64,000 nucleotides of DNA from Candidatus Latescibacterota bacterium (GCA_963707635.1 OY970173.1:1440001-1504000); one strand, 5' to 3'. Shown: positions 30,292-41,994, numbered from the stretch's first letter. Program-made: numbers and translations. Notes: generated by a model from the sequence alone, not told the origin.

Positions 30292-32202
30292 GTGTGTGGC
30301 ATTGCCGGCATACTCGCGTTCGCCGACGGCCGGGAGCCGAGGGACGAGACGCTGGCCGCGATGGTCGCCGTCATTCGCCACCGCGGACCCGACGAGCAGA
30401 CGTGGACCGTGCGCGGCCGCGTCGGCCTGGGCATCAGCCGCCTCGCCATCATCGACCCGGAAGGCTCGCACCAGCCGCTCGCGAACGAAACCGGCGACGT
30501 GGTCCTGGTCTTCAACGGCGAGATCTACAACTACCGGGAACTACACGCGACGCTGGAGAAGGACGGACACCGGTTCGCCACGCGCGGTGACGGCGAGGTC
30601 ATCGTGCACGGCTACGAGCAGTGGGGAACGGGCGTGTTCGCGCGCCTGCGCGGGATGTTCGCGATCGCGCTCTGGGACGACCGCCGCCGCCGGCTGGTTC
30701 TGGCCCGCGACCGCATGGGCATCAAGCCGCTCTATGTCGCCACGACGCCGCATGCATTTCTGTTCGCGTCGGAGGCGAAGGCATTTTTCGCTTCGGGCAT
30801 GGTCGAGCCGGCGCTGCGGCCGGAACTGATCGATACGTATCTCGCCTACCGGTACGTTCCCGCCCCCGACACCCTGTTCCGCGGGGTGCGCAAGGTGCGC
30901 CCCGGCGAGTTTCACGTGGTCGAAAACGGCGTCGAGTCGATCGAGCGCTACCACGTCCACGCCTTCACGCCGAAGGCGAAGATCGGCGAGGCGGAAGCCG
31001 CCGAGCAGCTGGACGAGTTGCTGACGCGCTCGATCGAGTACCACCTCCAGAGCGACGTGCCGCTGGGCGTGTTCCTGAGCGGAGGACTGGACTCCGGTTT
31101 CTTGACGGCGCTCGCGAGCGAACACACCTCCGGCGCGCTCGACACCTTCTCGGTGGGATTCGACCGCGGCGGCATCTACGACGAAACCGCGGCAGCGGAA
31201 GTCGTGTCCCGCCGTTTCAAGACCCGCCAGCATTCGTTGCGCATGGGCGCGGCGGAATATTTGCGCATGCTTCCCGGGGCGGTCTACCACTTCGACGAAC
31301 CGATGGCCGATCCCTCGTCGGTGCCGATGATGGCGATCAGCCGGCTGGCCGCCGGGCACGTCAAGGTGGTGTTGAGCGGCGAAGGCGCCGACGAGCTCTT
31401 CGCCGGCTACCCGCGCTACTTCGGAGAGGCGTTCGCGGCCCGGCTCACCCTTCCCGGCGCGCTGGCGGCGTTCGGCGCGCGCACGCTGCCCCTGTCCCGG
31501 AGCGCGGCGCGCGGCCTCCACGGGATCGGGTTGCGCGACGTGACCCGCCGCCACCTCTTCTGGCAGACAATCGTTTCCGAGCCGCAGCGCCGTCTGCTCC
31601 TGCTCGACGCCGCGCGCGGAAATGGACACGCGCTGGCGGCGGCGGAACGCTTCGCCGCCGAGGCCGGCGGGATCGATCCCATCGACCGCCTGTTCTATTT
31701 CGACATTGCCAGCTGGCTGGTCGAGGACCTGCTGCTGAAGAAAGACAAGATGGGCATGAGCGCTTCCATCGAAGCGCGCGTGCCGTATCTCGACCAGGAC
31801 GTGGTCGCGTTTGCGCTGCGGCTGCCGGTTGCGCTCAAGGTGCGCGGGCTCAAGGGCAAGCGCGTGTTTCGCCGCCTGCTCCGGAATCGCCTGCCGGAAG
31901 AGATACTCAAGCGGCCCAAGGTGGGGTTTGCGGTGCCGCTCGACGCGTGGTTTTCCGGCGAGCTGGCGTCCGTGCTGCACGCCACCCTCACGGAACGCGA
32001 CGCCTTTCTGGCCCCGTTTGTCTCGCGCGACGCCGTGGCGGAGATGTGCGCGCGCCAGCGCGCGGGGCGACCCGTCTCGCTCGAGCTGCTCTCGCTGCTC
32101 GTGCTCGAGCTGTGGGGAAGGATCTTCCTGCGGGGCGAGGCGCCCGAGCAACTCGCCGACACGCTCACCCGCACGAGCGCGGGCGCGCGCCGCGCGTCCT
32201 GA
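30292..32202 (+). CDS. asnB: Asparagine synthase (glutamine-hydrolysing) family amidotransferase
   Basis: N-terminal CGIAG, HRGPD, FNGEIYN, LSGGLDS, SGEGADELF, EARVPYLD. Confidence 0.92.
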   Translation: MCGIAGILAFADGREPRDETLAAMVAVIRHRGPDEQTWTVRGRVGLGISRLAIIDPEGSHQPLANETGDVVLVFNGEIYNYRELHATLEKDGHRFATRGDGEVIVHGYEQWGTGVFARLRGMFAIALWDDRRRRLVLARDRMGIKPLYVATTPHAFLFASEAKAFFASGMVEPALRPELIDTYLAYRYVPAPDTLFRGVRKVRPGEFHVVENGVESIERYHVHAFTPKAKIGEAEAAEQLDELLTRSIEYHLQSDVPLGVFLSGGLDSGFLTALASEHTSGALDTFSVGFDRGGIYDETAAAEVVSRRFKTRQHSLRMGAAEYLRMLPGAVYHFDEPMADPSSVPMMAISRLAAGHVKVVLSGEGADELFAGYPRYFGEAFAARLTLPGALAAFGARTLPLSRSAARGLHGIGLRDVTRRHLFWQTIVSEPQRRLLLLDAARGNGHALAAAERFAAEAGGIDPIDRLFYFDIASWLVEDLLLKKDKMGMSASIEARVPYLDQDVVAFALRLPVALKVRGLKGKRVFRRLLRNRLPEEILKRPKVGFAVPLDAWFSGELASVLHATLTERDAFLAPFVSRDAVAEMCARQRAGRPVSLELLSLLVLELWGRIFLRGEAPEQLADTLTRTSAGARRAS

Positions 32203-32204
32203 CG

Positions 32205-33404
32205 ATGTCGCTGTTCCGCGAGCTTCGCTCCATGCCCCGGCTGGTGTGGGTGCTCTTTGCCGGCACCCTCGTGAACCGGTTCGGCAGTTTCGTCTTCGTC
32301 TTTCTCGCGCTCTATCTGAAGGGCAAGGGGTACGCGGCGCCGCAGATCGGGCTGGCCATGGGCGCCTACGGCGTCGGCGCCATCGGCGCGTCGCTGGTCG
32401 GCGGCTGGCTCGCGGACCGTTTCGGCCGGCGCAACAGCATCGTGCTCTCGATGGTGCTGTCCGCCACCGCGATGCTCGGGTTGTCGCAGGCGGAGGGGTA
32501 CGGCATGCTCCTCTTTCTCACCGGGCTGGCCGGATTCTGCGCCGAAATGTATCGCCCGGCGGCGACCGCGCTCATCGCCGACGTGACGACGCCCGCCCAG
32601 CGCGTCACCGCGTTCTCGGTCTATCGACTGGCCATCAATCTGGGGTTCGCAGCGGGGCCCGCGGTCGGGGGATTGCTCGCGCACCGGTCCTTCTTTCTCC
32701 TCTTCGTCGGCGACGCGATCACCTCGTTGGTCTACGCGGGCATCGCACTGGCCATGATCCCGAACCGGGTGGTCGAACACCACTCGCAGGGCGAGCGCAC
32801 GAGCGCGCTGCGCGCCATCGGCCACGACAGCAGCTTTCTCGCCTACCTGGGTGCTACCCTCATGGCGTCGATGGTCTTCATGCAGCACGTCTCCAGCTAC
32901 CCGCTCCAGATGAACGCCTACGGCTACTCGAGCCGCGTGTACGGGCTCTTGATATCGCTCAACGGACTCTTGATCTGCCTGGTCGAGTTGCCGCTCACCA
33001 CCTTCACCCGGCGCCGAAGCGCGCGCGTGATCATGATGACCGGCATGATCGTCTTCGGGGCGGCATTCGTGGCGACGGGCTTCGTGAGCACGATTCCCCT
33101 GCTGGCCGCGGCGGTGGTGGTCTGGACCATCGGCGAGATGTTCTATTTTCCGGTGGCGGCGGCGCACATCGCGGCCGTGTCCCCGCCCCACATGCGCGGG
33201 CGCTACCAGGGAGCGTGGGGAATCGCGTGGGGGCTGGGCGCGGTCGTGGGCCCGGTGGTGGGGACGACGGTCTTCGCGTGGAATCCGCGCGCGCTGTGGC
33301 TTGGGTGCGGAGTGTGCGCGATACTCGGGGCACTGCTCCTTGTTCCGGGAACTCGACCTCGCGGCGCAGACGCCGGTGCCGGGAGCCGCGCGGCGGCCGG
33401 CTAA
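32205..33404 (+). CDS. MFS transporter
   Basis: GWLADRFGRR motif A, about 12 TM segments, RGRYQG; start at ATG 32205. Confidence 0.92.
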   Translation: MSLFRELRSMPRLVWVLFAGTLVNRFGSFVFVFLALYLKGKGYAAPQIGLAMGAYGVGAIGASLVGGWLADRFGRRNSIVLSMVLSATAMLGLSQAEGYGMLLFLTGLAGFCAEMYRPAATALIADVTTPAQRVTAFSVYRLAINLGFAAGPAVGGLLAHRSFFLLFVGDAITSLVYAGIALAMIPNRVVEHHSQGERTSALRAIGHDSSFLAYLGATLMASMVFMQHVSSYPLQMNAYGYSSRVYGLLISLNGLLICLVELPLTTFTRRRSARVIMMTGMIVFGAAFVATGFVSTIPLLAAAVVVWTIGEMFYFPVAAAHIAAVSPPHMRGRYQGAWGIAWGLGAVVGPVVGTTVFAWNPRALWLGCGVCAILGALLLVPGTRPRGADAGAGSRAAAG

Positions 33405-33829
33405 TCCGCTTCACCCGCGATGGTCGCGACCACGCGGCGCGCCCCGCCGCGATCGCGGTGCTCGCACAGATAGATTCCCTGCCAGGTACCCAGGTTCAAG
33501 CGGCCGTTGGTGATGGGTACGCTGACGCTGGTTCCGATCAGCGCGGCCTTGATGTGCGCGGGCATGTCGTCGGCGCCCTCGGCAGTGTGATCGTAGCGGG
33601 AGCCACCCTCGGGAACGAGGGCGTTGAAGCTCGTCTCCAGATCCGAGCGAACACTCGGGTCCGCGTTTTCGTTGATGCACAACGACGCCGAGGTGTGTTG
33701 GACGAAGAAATGCGCGACCCCGACCTTGATGCGGGCGAGGTCCGGGAGCGCGCGCAGCAACTCGTCGGTCACCAGGTGAAAGCCGCGCGACCTGGGAGTG
33801 AGCGCGATCTGCTTCTGAACCCACACCAT
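33401..33829 (-). CDS. yjbQ: YjbQ/UPF0047 family protein
   Basis: HTSASLCINENADP, DDMPAHIK, LGTWQGIYLCEHR. Confidence 0.93.
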   Translation of the reverse strand: MVWVQKQIALTPRSRGFHLVTDELLRALPDLARIKVGVAHFFVQHTSASLCINENADPSVRSDLETSFNALVPEGGSRYDHTAEGADDMPAHIKAALIGTSVSVPITNGRLNLGTWQGIYLCEHRDRGGARRVVATIAGEAD

Positions 33830-33884
33830 CGCGGGGGAATCGTATCACGCGGGTCGGCGCGGATCGCAATGCTATAATGACGCC

Positions 33885-34934
33885 ATGGCGGAGATCGACG
33901 CGCGCGACCATCGTTTCATCGCCCACCGGCGCGACGAATGGTATCCGGTGTGCCGGGGTGAGCGCCTGCGCGCGCGGCCGCTTGCCGCCATGCTCTTCGG
34001 CACACCCCTGGTCGTGTTTCGCGCGTCCGACGGGGCGCCGGCGGCGCTGCTCGACCGCTGCCCGCATCGCAATGTCCCGCTCTCACTCGGGCGCGTGCAC
34101 GGGGATCGCCTCAAGTGCGTCTACCACGGCTGGGAATTCGACCGCGAGGGACGCTGCCGGCTCGTTCCGGGGCTGGCGGGCGAAGCGCGTGAGCACGAAC
34201 GCGGGGTGACCGTGTTTCCCGCGCGCGAGTCGCAGGGGTTCGTCTGGGTGTACGCCGAAGCGGACTCCGCGCCCGCGCGTGAACCATTTCGCTTTCCGTG
34301 CGTCGACGAGCCCGGCTACACCAGCGCGCGCGAGGAGCTCGAGGTGCGCGCGTCGCTGCACGCGACCGCGGAGAACGCGCTCGACGTGCCGCATACGGCG
34401 TTTCTCCACGGCGGTTGGTTTCGATCCGAGTCCCGGGCGCGCCGAGAGGTCGAGGTGATCGTGCGCCGTTTCGCCGACCGGGTCGAAGCCGAGTACGTGG
34501 GCGAGTCCCGGCCGCCCGGCGTGGTCGCGAAGCTGCTCGCGCCGCGCGGCGGCGCCGTCGTCCACGTCGACCGGTTCATCCTGCCGTCGATCGCGCAGGT
34601 CGAGTACCGGCTGGGCGATTCCCACCTCTGCGTCAGCGCGGCGTTGACACCCGTCGAGGACTATCGCACCCGCCTGTTCGTGACCTTCAGCTTCCGGCTG
34701 CCGTTCCCGGGCTGGGCGGTGAAACCGCTCCTGCGACCGTTCGCGCTGCGGGTGTTCCACCAGGACGCGTGGATGCTCGCGCGCCAGACCGAGACGATCG
34801 AGCGCTTCGGAGAAGAGCGCTACAAGTTCACCGAGATCGACGTGCTCGGCGCGGAGATCTTCGACCTGCTGCGCCGCGGGCGGGCGATAGACGGGGCGCC
34901 GCCCGTCGAACGCCGCCTGACCATGGCGGTATGA
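33885..34934 (+). CDS. Rieske non-heme iron oxygenase alpha subunit (VanA/KshA-like)
   Basis: DRCPHR...CVYHGW Rieske site; ENALDVPHTAFLH and FHQD mononuclear Fe site. Confidence 0.88.
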   Translation: MAEIDARDHRFIAHRRDEWYPVCRGERLRARPLAAMLFGTPLVVFRASDGAPAALLDRCPHRNVPLSLGRVHGDRLKCVYHGWEFDREGRCRLVPGLAGEAREHERGVTVFPARESQGFVWVYAEADSAPAREPFRFPCVDEPGYTSAREELEVRASLHATAENALDVPHTAFLHGGWFRSESRARREVEVIVRRFADRVEAEYVGESRPPGVVAKLLAPRGGAVVHVDRFILPSIAQVEYRLGDSHLCVSAALTPVEDYRTRLFVTFSFRLPFPGWAVKPLLRPFALRVFHQDAWMLARQTETIERFGEERYKFTEIDVLGAEIFDLLRRGRAIDGAPPVERRLTMAV

Positions 34935-35008
34935 ACGGTGCCGGCGCTCGCGGTCATTTCCGGCCTTGACCGGCCCGAGTTGGATAGAGTAGATTCACCG
35001 AAACCATG

Positions 35009-35043
35009 TCCTTTTAACCGGGCCCTGTGAGGCCCCGAAAGGA
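35009..35043 (+). promoter_or_regulatory. PyrR-binding RNA stem-loop (pyrimidine attenuator)
   Basis: TCCTTTTAACCGGGCCCTGTGAGGCCCCGAAAGGA resembles the PyrR consensus (CCUUUAA...GUCCxGxGAGGCU...AAGG) and lies upstream of carAB. Confidence 0.8.
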
Positions 35044-35101
35044 TCGCTCGATGAATGCCGCGATATCCCCGCGTGCGCGCGGGGCCACGATGGAGCCAGG
35101 T

Positions 35102-35137
35102 CGCCTTCCCGGAATGAACGCGGGGAGGCGTTTTTTT
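35102..35137 (+). terminator. Intrinsic terminator of the carAB leader
   Basis: CGCCTTCCCG / CGGGGAGGCG 10-bp stem (one G-U) followed by T7. Confidence 0.85.
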
Positions 35138-35162
35138 GTGCGCCTTCCAGGCGGATGTGCCG

Positions 35163-36308
35163 ATGAGTGAACGACCCCGGGGCAAGATGATCCTCGCCGA
35201 CGGTACCCGGTTCGAAGGCCGGCTCACCGGCGCCGCCGCGGCCAACGGCTTTGCCCCCGTCTGGGGAGAGGTCGTGTTCAATACTTCGATGACTGGCTAC
35301 CAGGAGGTCATCACCGATCCATCGTACGCAGGACAGATCGTGGTCATGACCTACCCGCAGATCGGCAACTACGGGGTGACACAGAATGACAACGAGAAGT
35401 CCCAATGCGCCGCGCGCGCACTGGTCGTGCGCGACCTCCAGGAGTTCTTCTCGCCGGGCCCGGGGCGCACGAGTCTCGAGGGTTTCATGGTGGAACAGAA
35501 CCTCCCCGGGCTGACCGGTATCGACACGCGCGCGGTGACGAAGCACATTCGCGACAAGGGCTCCATCATCGCGGCGATCGGGGGCGACGGCGCGTCCGAC
35601 GCCGACCTGCTCGCGATGGCGCGCTCGCACCGACTCGACCGCGAGGAGCGACTGGTGGAACGCGTCTCCGGAACGCTCAACGCGGTGCACGCGGGCGCGA
35701 ACGGCCGCGCGGCCGTGATCGATCTGGGGGCGAAGAAGAGCATCATCGACAACGTGCGCCGCCTCGGCCTCACCACCCAGGTGTTCGACGCGGGCTTCGC
35801 CGCCGACGAGATCCTGCGCGGCGCCTTCGACTTCGTGGTCGTCTCGAACGGACCCGGCGATCCCGCCGACATTCCCGGGGTGGTCGAGCAGGTGAAAAAG
35901 CTGGTGGGCCGCGTCCCGCTGCTCGGCATCTGCCTCGGTCACCAGCTCATCGCGCTGGCACTCGGCGCCGCGACCTTCAAGCTCAAGTTCGGCCACCACG
36001 GCGCGAACCAACCCGTCGTCGACCAGCGCACCAACCGGACCTTCATCACCAGCCAGAATCACAACTACGCGGTGGGCGACGACATCGCGGATCGTGCGGG
36101 CGTCATGATCACCTACACCAACGCCGCCGACGGCACGGTGGAGGGTTTTGTCGACGACATCCGCCGGATCGAGTGCGTCCAGTTCCACCCCGAGGCATCG
36201 CCGGGGCCGCACGACTGCCGCTTCATCTTCGATCAGTTTCACGCGCGCGTGCAGGAATGGAATTCGGGCCCGACGCGGGGGAGGGGTGAGTCGCATGCCG
36301 CGGCGTGA
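35163..36308 (+). CDS. carA: Carbamoyl-phosphate synthase small subunit
   Basis: [38 protein letters not shown]. Confidence 0.97.
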   Translation: MSERPRGKMILADGTRFEGRLTGAAAANGFAPVWGEVVFNTSMTGYQEVITDPSYAGQIVVMTYPQIGNYGVTQNDNEKSQCAARALVVRDLQEFFSPGPGRTSLEGFMVEQNLPGLTGIDTRAVTKHIRDKGSIIAAIGGDGASDADLLAMARSHRLDREERLVERVSGTLNAVHAGANGRAAVIDLGAKKSIIDNVRRLGLTTQVFDAGFAADEILRGAFDFVVVSNGPGDPADIPGVVEQVKKLVGRVPLLGICLGHQLIALALGAATFKLKFGHHGANQPVVDQRTNRTFITSQNHNYAVGDDIADRAGVMITYTNAADGTVEGFVDDIRRIECVQFHPEASPGPHDCRFIFDQFHARVQEWNSGPTRGRGESHAAA

Positions 36309-39300
36309 CGACTTTCACTCGGTGATGGTGATCGGAAGCGGCCCGATCGTCATCGGCCAGGGATGCGAGTTCGACTACTCGGGGACGCAGGCCATTCGCG
36401 CCCTCAAGGAAGAGGGGTTGCGCGTCGTCCTCGTCAACAGCAACCCCGCGACGATCATGACCGACCCCGAGATGGCCGACGCGACCTACATCGAGCCGCT
36501 CACCTTCGACGCGTGCCGGGCGATCATCGAGAAGGAACGCCCGGACGTGCTGTTGCCGACGCTCGGGGGCCAGACGGCGCTGAACCTGGCGATGGAGCTC
36601 TCCGACTCCGGCGTGCTGGAAGAATTCGGCGTCGGCCTGATCGGCGTGGACTTGAATGCGATCCGCCGCGCCGAGGATCGCAGCGGGTTCAAGGCGCTGT
36701 GCGAGGAAGCCGGTTTCGACACCCCGCGCAGCGCGGTCGTGAACACGCTCGAAGAGGCGCTGCGTGCGGTCGAGTCCCTCGGGCTGCCCGCCATCATACG
36801 CCCCTCGTTCACTCTGGGGGGCAGCGGCAGCGGGATGGCCCGCTCCCATGACGAATTCGTCCGCATCGTCAAGCACGGCCTCCAGAAATCCCCGGTGCGC
36901 GAGGTGTTGATCGAGGAATCGATCGAGGGCTGGAAGGAATTCGAGCTCGAAGTGATGCGCGACCGCGACGGCAACCACGTGGTGGTGTGCTCGATCGAGA
37001 ACCTGGACCCGATGGGGGTCCACACCGGCGACAGTATCACGGTCGCGCCAGTGCAGACGCTGCGTGACCGCGAGTACCAATCGATGCGCGACGCGGCGTT
37101 CAAGATCATGGACCTGGTCGGCATCTGGGGCGGGGCGAACGTCCAGTTCGCAATCGAGCCCGCGACCGGGCGCATGGTCGTGATCGAAATGAACCCGCGG
37201 GTGTCGCGCTCGTCGGCGCTGGCCAGCAAGGCGACCGGCTACCCGATCGCCAAGGTGGCGGCGCGGCTGGCGCTCGGGTACACGCTGCACGAACTGCCCA
37301 ACGACGTGGTCGGCACCATCCCGGCCGCGTTCGAGCCGTCGCTCGACTACGTGGTGGTGAAGATCCCGCGCTGGAATTTCGAGAAGTTTCACGGCGTCGA
37401 GGACGTGCTCGGCTCGCAGATGCAGTCGGTCGGAGAGGCGATGGCGCTCGGCCGCACCTTCAACGAGGCGCTCCAGAAGGCGCTGCGGTCGCTGGAGAGC
37501 GACTGGGCGGGGTTGGACAGCCTCGAGTTCGACGCGGACGATCTCGAGACGCTGCTGCGCGTCCCCAACTCGATGCGCGTGTTCGCAGTCAAGGCGGCGT
37601 ACGCGGCGGGCTGGACCACCGCGCGCATCCACGGCCTGTCGAAGATCGATCCGTGGTTTCTCGAGAACTTCAGGATGATCGTCGACTTCGAGGCGCGCGT
37701 GGCCGTGTCGCCCTTTCCGCCCGACGTGGAGTTCATGCGCGAGGCGAAGCGATTCGGCTTCAGCGACCGCCAGCTGGCCACGCTGTGGGGGGTCGACGAG
37801 GACGAGGTGGTGCGGGTGCGCGAAGGACTGGGCATCCACCCGGTCGTCAAGATGGTCGACACCTGCGCCGGCGAGTTCGAAGCACGCACTCCCTACTACT
37901 ACGTCGTGTACGACGACGAATGCGACGTGGAGAGCGACCCGCGCCGCTCGCGCGGCGGCCGCCAGAAGGTGGTCATCCTGGGCAGCGGCCCCAATCGCAT
38001 CGGCCAGGGGATCGAATTCGACTACTGCTGCGTGCACGCCGCGATGGCGCTGCGCGACATGGGCTACGAGACCATCATGGTCAACTGCAACCCGGAGACG
38101 GTGAGCACGGACTTCGATATCTCGGACCGGCTCTATTTCGAGCCGGTGGCGTACGAGCACGTGATGGCGATCGTGCGCAAGGAGCGGCCGGTCGGCGTCA
38201 TCTTCCAGTTCGGCGGCCAGACCCCGTTGAAGCTGCTCCACCGCCTGGCGGAGGCCGGCGTGCCGGTGCTCGGCACCGGCGTGGAGGCCGTCGACCGCGC
38301 CGAGGATCGCGAGCGTTGCCACGACCTGATGAAGGGCCTCGGGATCATGCACCCGCCGTGCGCGTTCGCGTCCACCCGCGAGGCCACGATTCGCGAGGCG
38401 GGCAAGCTCGGGTACCCGGTGTTGCTGCGGCCGCCCTACGTGCTGGGCGGCCGCTCCATGGAGCTGGTGCGGGGCGAGGATGAGATCTTGAGCTGCGTGG
38501 ATTCCGCCCTCCGCTCGAGCGGCTCTCGCTCCCTCATGATCGACAAGTTCATCGAGGGCGCGGTGGAAGTGGACGTCGACTGCGTGAGCGACGGCGAGAA
38601 CGTGGTGATCGCCGGCATCATGGAGCACATGGAAGAGGCCGGCATTCACTCCGGCGATTCGAGCTGCGTGCTCCCGCCGCTGGCGCTGGAGGACGAGATC
38701 GTGGAAGAGATCAAACGCTACACCGTGCGGATCGCGAAGGCGCTGCGCCTGGTCGGCATGATGAACGCGCAGTACGCGATCAAGGACAACCGCATCTACT
38801 GCTTCGAGATCAATCCGCGCGCGTCGCGCACCGTGCCGTACGTAAGCAAGGCGACCGGCGTGCAGTGGGTGAAGGTGGCGACCCGCGCGATCATGGGCGA
38901 GAAGCTCGACATGGAACGCCTGGGCGCGATCCCGGTGCCCGACTACATGTCGGTCAAGGCGCCCGTGTTTCCGTTCGACAAGTTCCCGGGCGTGGACTCG
39001 ATCCTGGGCCCCGAGATGCGGTCGACCGGCGAGGTGATGGGTATCGGGGAGACGTTCGACGAGGCGTTCATCAAGGCGCAGCTCGCCGCGGGTTATCGCC
39101 TCCCGAAGGGGTGCCACGTCTTCATTTCGGTGGCGAACCGGTACAAGCGCAAGGTCATCTTCCCGGCCAAGGCGCTGCGCGACCTGGGCTACATGCTTGT
39201 CGCCACCCCGGGCATGGCGAAGGTGCTGCGCTCGCACGGCCTCCCGGTCCGAACCGTGCACAAGATCAGCGAAGGCGACTACGGCATCCTCGACATGATC

Positions 39301-39573
39301 GAGGATGGAACCATCCAGCTGGTCGTGAACATGGCGTGGAGCAAGAAGTCGATCGAGGACGACAAGTTCATCCGTCTCGCCGCCAACAAGATGAAGGTGC
39401 CCTGCATCACCACCATGGCGGGATTTCACGCGCTGGTGCTCGGGCTGCAAACCATGACCGACGGGAAAGTCCACGTGGAATCGATCCAGAGCTACAACGC
39501 GCGCGTGAAGTCGCCGGCCACCGAGGGTGAAGCCGTCCCCGACGCGGCGCCCGTGGCCGGCGGAGCCGCATGA
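36295..39573 (+). CDS. carB: Carbamoyl-phosphate synthase large subunit
   Basis: [45 protein letters not shown] domain; start at ATG 36295. Confidence 0.97.
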   Translation: MPRRDDFHSVMVIGSGPIVIGQGCEFDYSGTQAIRALKEEGLRVVLVNSNPATIMTDPEMADATYIEPLTFDACRAIIEKERPDVLLPTLGGQTALNLAMELSDSGVLEEFGVGLIGVDLNAIRRAEDRSGFKALCEEAGFDTPRSAVVNTLEEALRAVESLGLPAIIRPSFTLGGSGSGMARSHDEFVRIVKHGLQKSPVREVLIEESIEGWKEFELEVMRDRDGNHVVVCSIENLDPMGVHTGDSITVAPVQTLRDREYQSMRDAAFKIMDLVGIWGGANVQFAIEPATGRMVVIEMNPRVSRSSALASKATGYPIAKVAARLALGYTLHELPNDVVGTIPAAFEPSLDYVVVKIPRWNFEKFHGVEDVLGSQMQSVGEAMALGRTFNEALQKALRSLESDWAGLDSLEFDADDLETLLRVPNSMRVFAVKAAYAAGWTTARIHGLSKIDPWFLENFRMIVDFEARVAVSPFPPDVEFMREAKRFGFSDRQLATLWGVDEDEVVRVREGLGIHPVVKMVDTCAGEFEARTPYYYVVYDDECDVESDPRRSRGGRQKVVILGSGPNRIGQGIEFDYCCVHAAMALRDMGYETIMVNCNPETVSTDFDISDRLYFEPVAYEHVMAIVRKERPVGVIFQFGGQTPLKLLHRLAEAGVPVLGTGVEAVDRAEDRERCHDLMKGLGIMHPPCAFASTREATIREAGKLGYPVLLRPPYVLGGRSMELVRGEDEILSCVDSALRSSGSRSLMIDKFIEGAVEVDVDCVSDGENVVIAGIMEHMEEAGIHSGDSSCVLPPLALEDEIVEEIKRYTVRIAKALRLVGMMNAQYAIKDNRIYCFEINPRASRTVPYVSKATGVQWVKVATRAIMGEKLDMERLGAIPVPDYMSVKAPVFPFDKFPGVDSILGPEMRSTGEVMGIGETFDEAFIKAQLAAGYRLPKGCHVFISVANRYKRKVIFPAKALRDLGYMLVATPGMAKVLRSHGLPVRTVHKISEGDYGILDMIEDGTIQLVVNMAWSKKSIEDDKFIRLAANKMKVPCITTMAGFHALVLGLQTMTDGKVHVESIQSYNARVKSPATEGEAVPDAAPVAGGAA

Positions 39574-40400
39574 GCGCAACCCGACCGGACCTTTCCGGCC
39601 CGAAGACGCCGCTTACCGCGATTGTGATCGCGCAAGACTCGGCCGCACACATCGCGCGGTGTGTGGGATCGCTCGCGTTCGCCGAAGAGGTGCTGGTGGT
39701 CGACGGCGGCAGCACCGACGCCACGGCGGAGCTGGCGGAAATGCACGGTGCCCGCGTGATCGTCAATCCGTGGCCCGGATTCGCCGCGCAGCGACGCTTT
39801 GCTCTGGCCCAGGCGTCGCGCGAGTGGATCTTCGTGTGCGATTCCGACGAAGAGACCACCCCCGGACTCGCACGCGAAATCATAAGCACGGTCGCCGACG
39901 CGAATCGTCGCAGTCCCGGCGCCCCGGCAGGATTTCGCGTGCGGCGCCGCAACCAGTTTCTGGGCGGCTGGATGGACGTCGGGCCGTGGAGTCGCGATTG
40001 GCAGCTGCGGCTGATGCGCCGGGGCGCCGCGCGGGTGACCGACACGTCGGTCCACGAGGGCTACGCCGTGGACGGACCGGTCGGCCAGCTCTCGACCCCG
40101 CTGAATCACTATGCCCACCCGACCGTGTCCGGAAGCGTCCAGCGGCTGAATCGGTACACGAGCCTGGAGGCGGCGGATCGCGCAGAGCGGCGGCGCGTCG
40201 GGGTGCTCGATGCGCTCGCGCTTCCGGCGGGGGTGTTCTTCAATTATTATGTGTTGAAGGGCTGCTGGCGGGCGGGTGTGCGGGGCTTCCTGCTGGCGTC
40301 GACCACCGCCATGTACAAGTCGATCCTCTACGTGAAAATCCGTTTGTTGCAGCTCGAAGCCGCGCGCGGGCACGGGAAGGAAACGCGTGTGCGCGCGTAG
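39570..40400 (+). CDS. Glycosyltransferase family 2 (WaaE-like)
   Basis: [23 protein letters not shown]. Confidence 0.88.
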   Translation: MSATRPDLSGPKTPLTAIVIAQDSAAHIARCVGSLAFAEEVLVVDGGSTDATAELAEMHGARVIVNPWPGFAAQRRFALAQASREWIFVCDSDEETTPGLAREIISTVADANRRSPGAPAGFRVRRRNQFLGGWMDVGPWSRDWQLRLMRRGAARVTDTSVHEGYAVDGPVGQLSTPLNHYAHPTVSGSVQRLNRYTSLEAADRAERRRVGVLDALALPAGVFFNYYVLKGCWRAGVRGFLLASTTAMYKSILYVKIRLLQLEAARGHGKETRVRA

Positions 40401-41994
40401 CCGGTGGGGGGCCGGGATCGCCGCGCTGTCGATCGTCTGCGCGGCGTCGGTGTGCGCTCACGCAGGTCCCGGCACCCCTGCGCTGGACGCCCGGACGCTA
40501 GTCGTCGGAACGCGCGTCGACCCCAAAACGCTCAACCCACTCGCGATCACCGCCTCCGAAGGCCATCAGATCGCAGGGCTCATTTTTCTCAAGCTCCTCG
40601 AAGAACAGGACGACTTCATGTCGTTCAAGCCCAGGCTCGCCCGGGCGTGGACTCCCAGCGCGGACGGGCTCGACGTGACGTTTGAGCTGCGCGACGACGT
40701 GCGCTGGACGGATGGCGTGCCTGTCACAGCCGACGACGTGCGCTTCACCTGGGAACTGCAGGTCGACACGACGGTGGCATGGCCCATCGCCAACATCAAG
40801 TCGAAGATTCGCGACGTCGAAGTGAAAGACGAGCGCACGGTGGTGTTCCACTTTCGCGAACCGTATCTGTATCAGGTGATGGACGCCAACGACGGGGTGA
40901 TCCTGCCCAAGCATTTGCTGGCGTCGATCCCGCGCCGGGATCTGAAGACGTCGCCGTTCGGCCGCGCTCCGGTGGGGAACGGACCGTACCGCCTCGCGCG
41001 GTGGGAGTCGGGGCAGTACCTCGAGCTCGTGGCCAACGAGACCTACTTCGGACGCAAGCCACGCGTCGAGCGGGTGGTCTTCAAGATCGTCCCTGACGCG
41101 GTGACGCTGGTGCTGCAGTTGAAGGCGGGGGAGATCGACCTCCTCGAATCCGTACAGACCGGCGACCTCGTCTCGATTCGCGAGGCGCGGCCGGACGTCG
41201 TCATCCACACCGTCCCGTCGCGCCGGTTGAGCTTCATCGCCTGGAACCTCGCCCGTCAGCCGTTCGCGGACCGAACGGTGCGCCGGGCGCTGACCGCGGC
41301 CATCGATCGCGCCGAGGTGGTCCGGACGGTGTGGGGCGAGTATGCGCGCGAGTGCACCAGCCCGATTGTGCCCCTGCTGTGGGCGTATGACCCCGGTATT
41401 CCGCCGATTCGCTTCGATCCGGCGGCGGCCCGTGCGGGGCTGGCCGCCGTCGGGTTCGAGGACCGCGACGGTGACGGGATACTCGACCGGGATGGACGTC
41501 CGCTCGAGTTCGAGTTGCTCGTCAACGACGCGCAGAATCGAATCGACGTCGTCACCATCGTGCAGGCGCAGCTGAAGCAGATCGGCATCAAGGTAAACCT
41601 GCGGGTGATGGAGTACAGTGCCTACATCAATCGTGTTCTCGCGACCGACTACGACGCCGCGTTCGTGGAGTGGAAGTCGGTCACCAAGGTCGATCTGACC
41701 GGCCTATTTCACACCCGGTCGTTTCGTCCGAAAGGCTACAACTTCTTCTCCTACTCGAACCCGGAGGTCGATCGCCTGATCGACGAGGCGCTCGCGAAGG
41801 CGGACCGGGCCGAGGCGAAGGCGATCTGGGACCGGGTGCAGCGACTCGTGTACGACGACCAGCCCTGCACGTTCCTGGCGGTCCCGCAGGAGTTGACGGC
41901 GGTCGACGACCGGTTTTGCAACGTGAAGCCGAGCGCGATTAGCTTCTTCGCGCGACTGGCCGAGTGGGGCGTGTCGCCCGATTGCTCTCCGTGA
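40387..41994 (+). CDS. ABC transporter peptide-binding protein, family 5
   Basis: DPKTLNP, WTDGVPVTADDV, PVGNGPY, VRRALTAAIDR, YSNPEVDRL. Confidence 0.9.
   Translation: MCARSRWGAGIAALSIVCAASVCAHAGPGTPALDARTLVVGTRVDPKTLNPLAITASEGHQIAGLIFLKLLEEQDDFMSFKPRLARAWTPSADGLDVTFELRDDVRWTDGVPVTADDVRFTWELQVDTTVAWPIANIKSKIRDVEVKDERTVVFHFREPYLYQVMDANDGVILPKHLLASIPRRDLKTSPFGRAPVGNGPYRLARWESGQYLELVANETYFGRKPRVERVVFKIVPDAVTLVLQLKAGEIDLLESVQTGDLVSIREARPDVVIHTVPSRRLSFIAWNLARQPFADRTVRRALTAAIDRAEVVRTVWGEYARECTSPIVPLLWAYDPGIPPIRFDPAAARAGLAAVGFEDRDGDGILDRDGRPLEFELLVNDAQNRIDVVTIVQAQLKQIGIKVNLRVMEYSAYINRVLATDYDAAFVEWKSVTKVDLTGLFHTRSFRPKGYNFFSYSNPEVDRLIDEALAKADRAEAKAIWDRVQRLVYDDQPCTFLAVPQELTAVDDRFCNVKPSAISFFARLAEWGVSPDCSP

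Noticed and set aside
30292..33404. Lasso peptide cluster (asparagine synthase-like cyclase plus exporter)
   Set aside because: The protein has a full N-terminal glutaminase domain, and no B protein or precursor peptide is nearby.
36223..39579. Long antisense ORFs (36223-39579, 50564-54463, 45943-48165, 17844-19880 and others)
   Set aside because: Shadow ORFs opposite well-supported genes, expected in high-GC DNA; no recognisable motifs.
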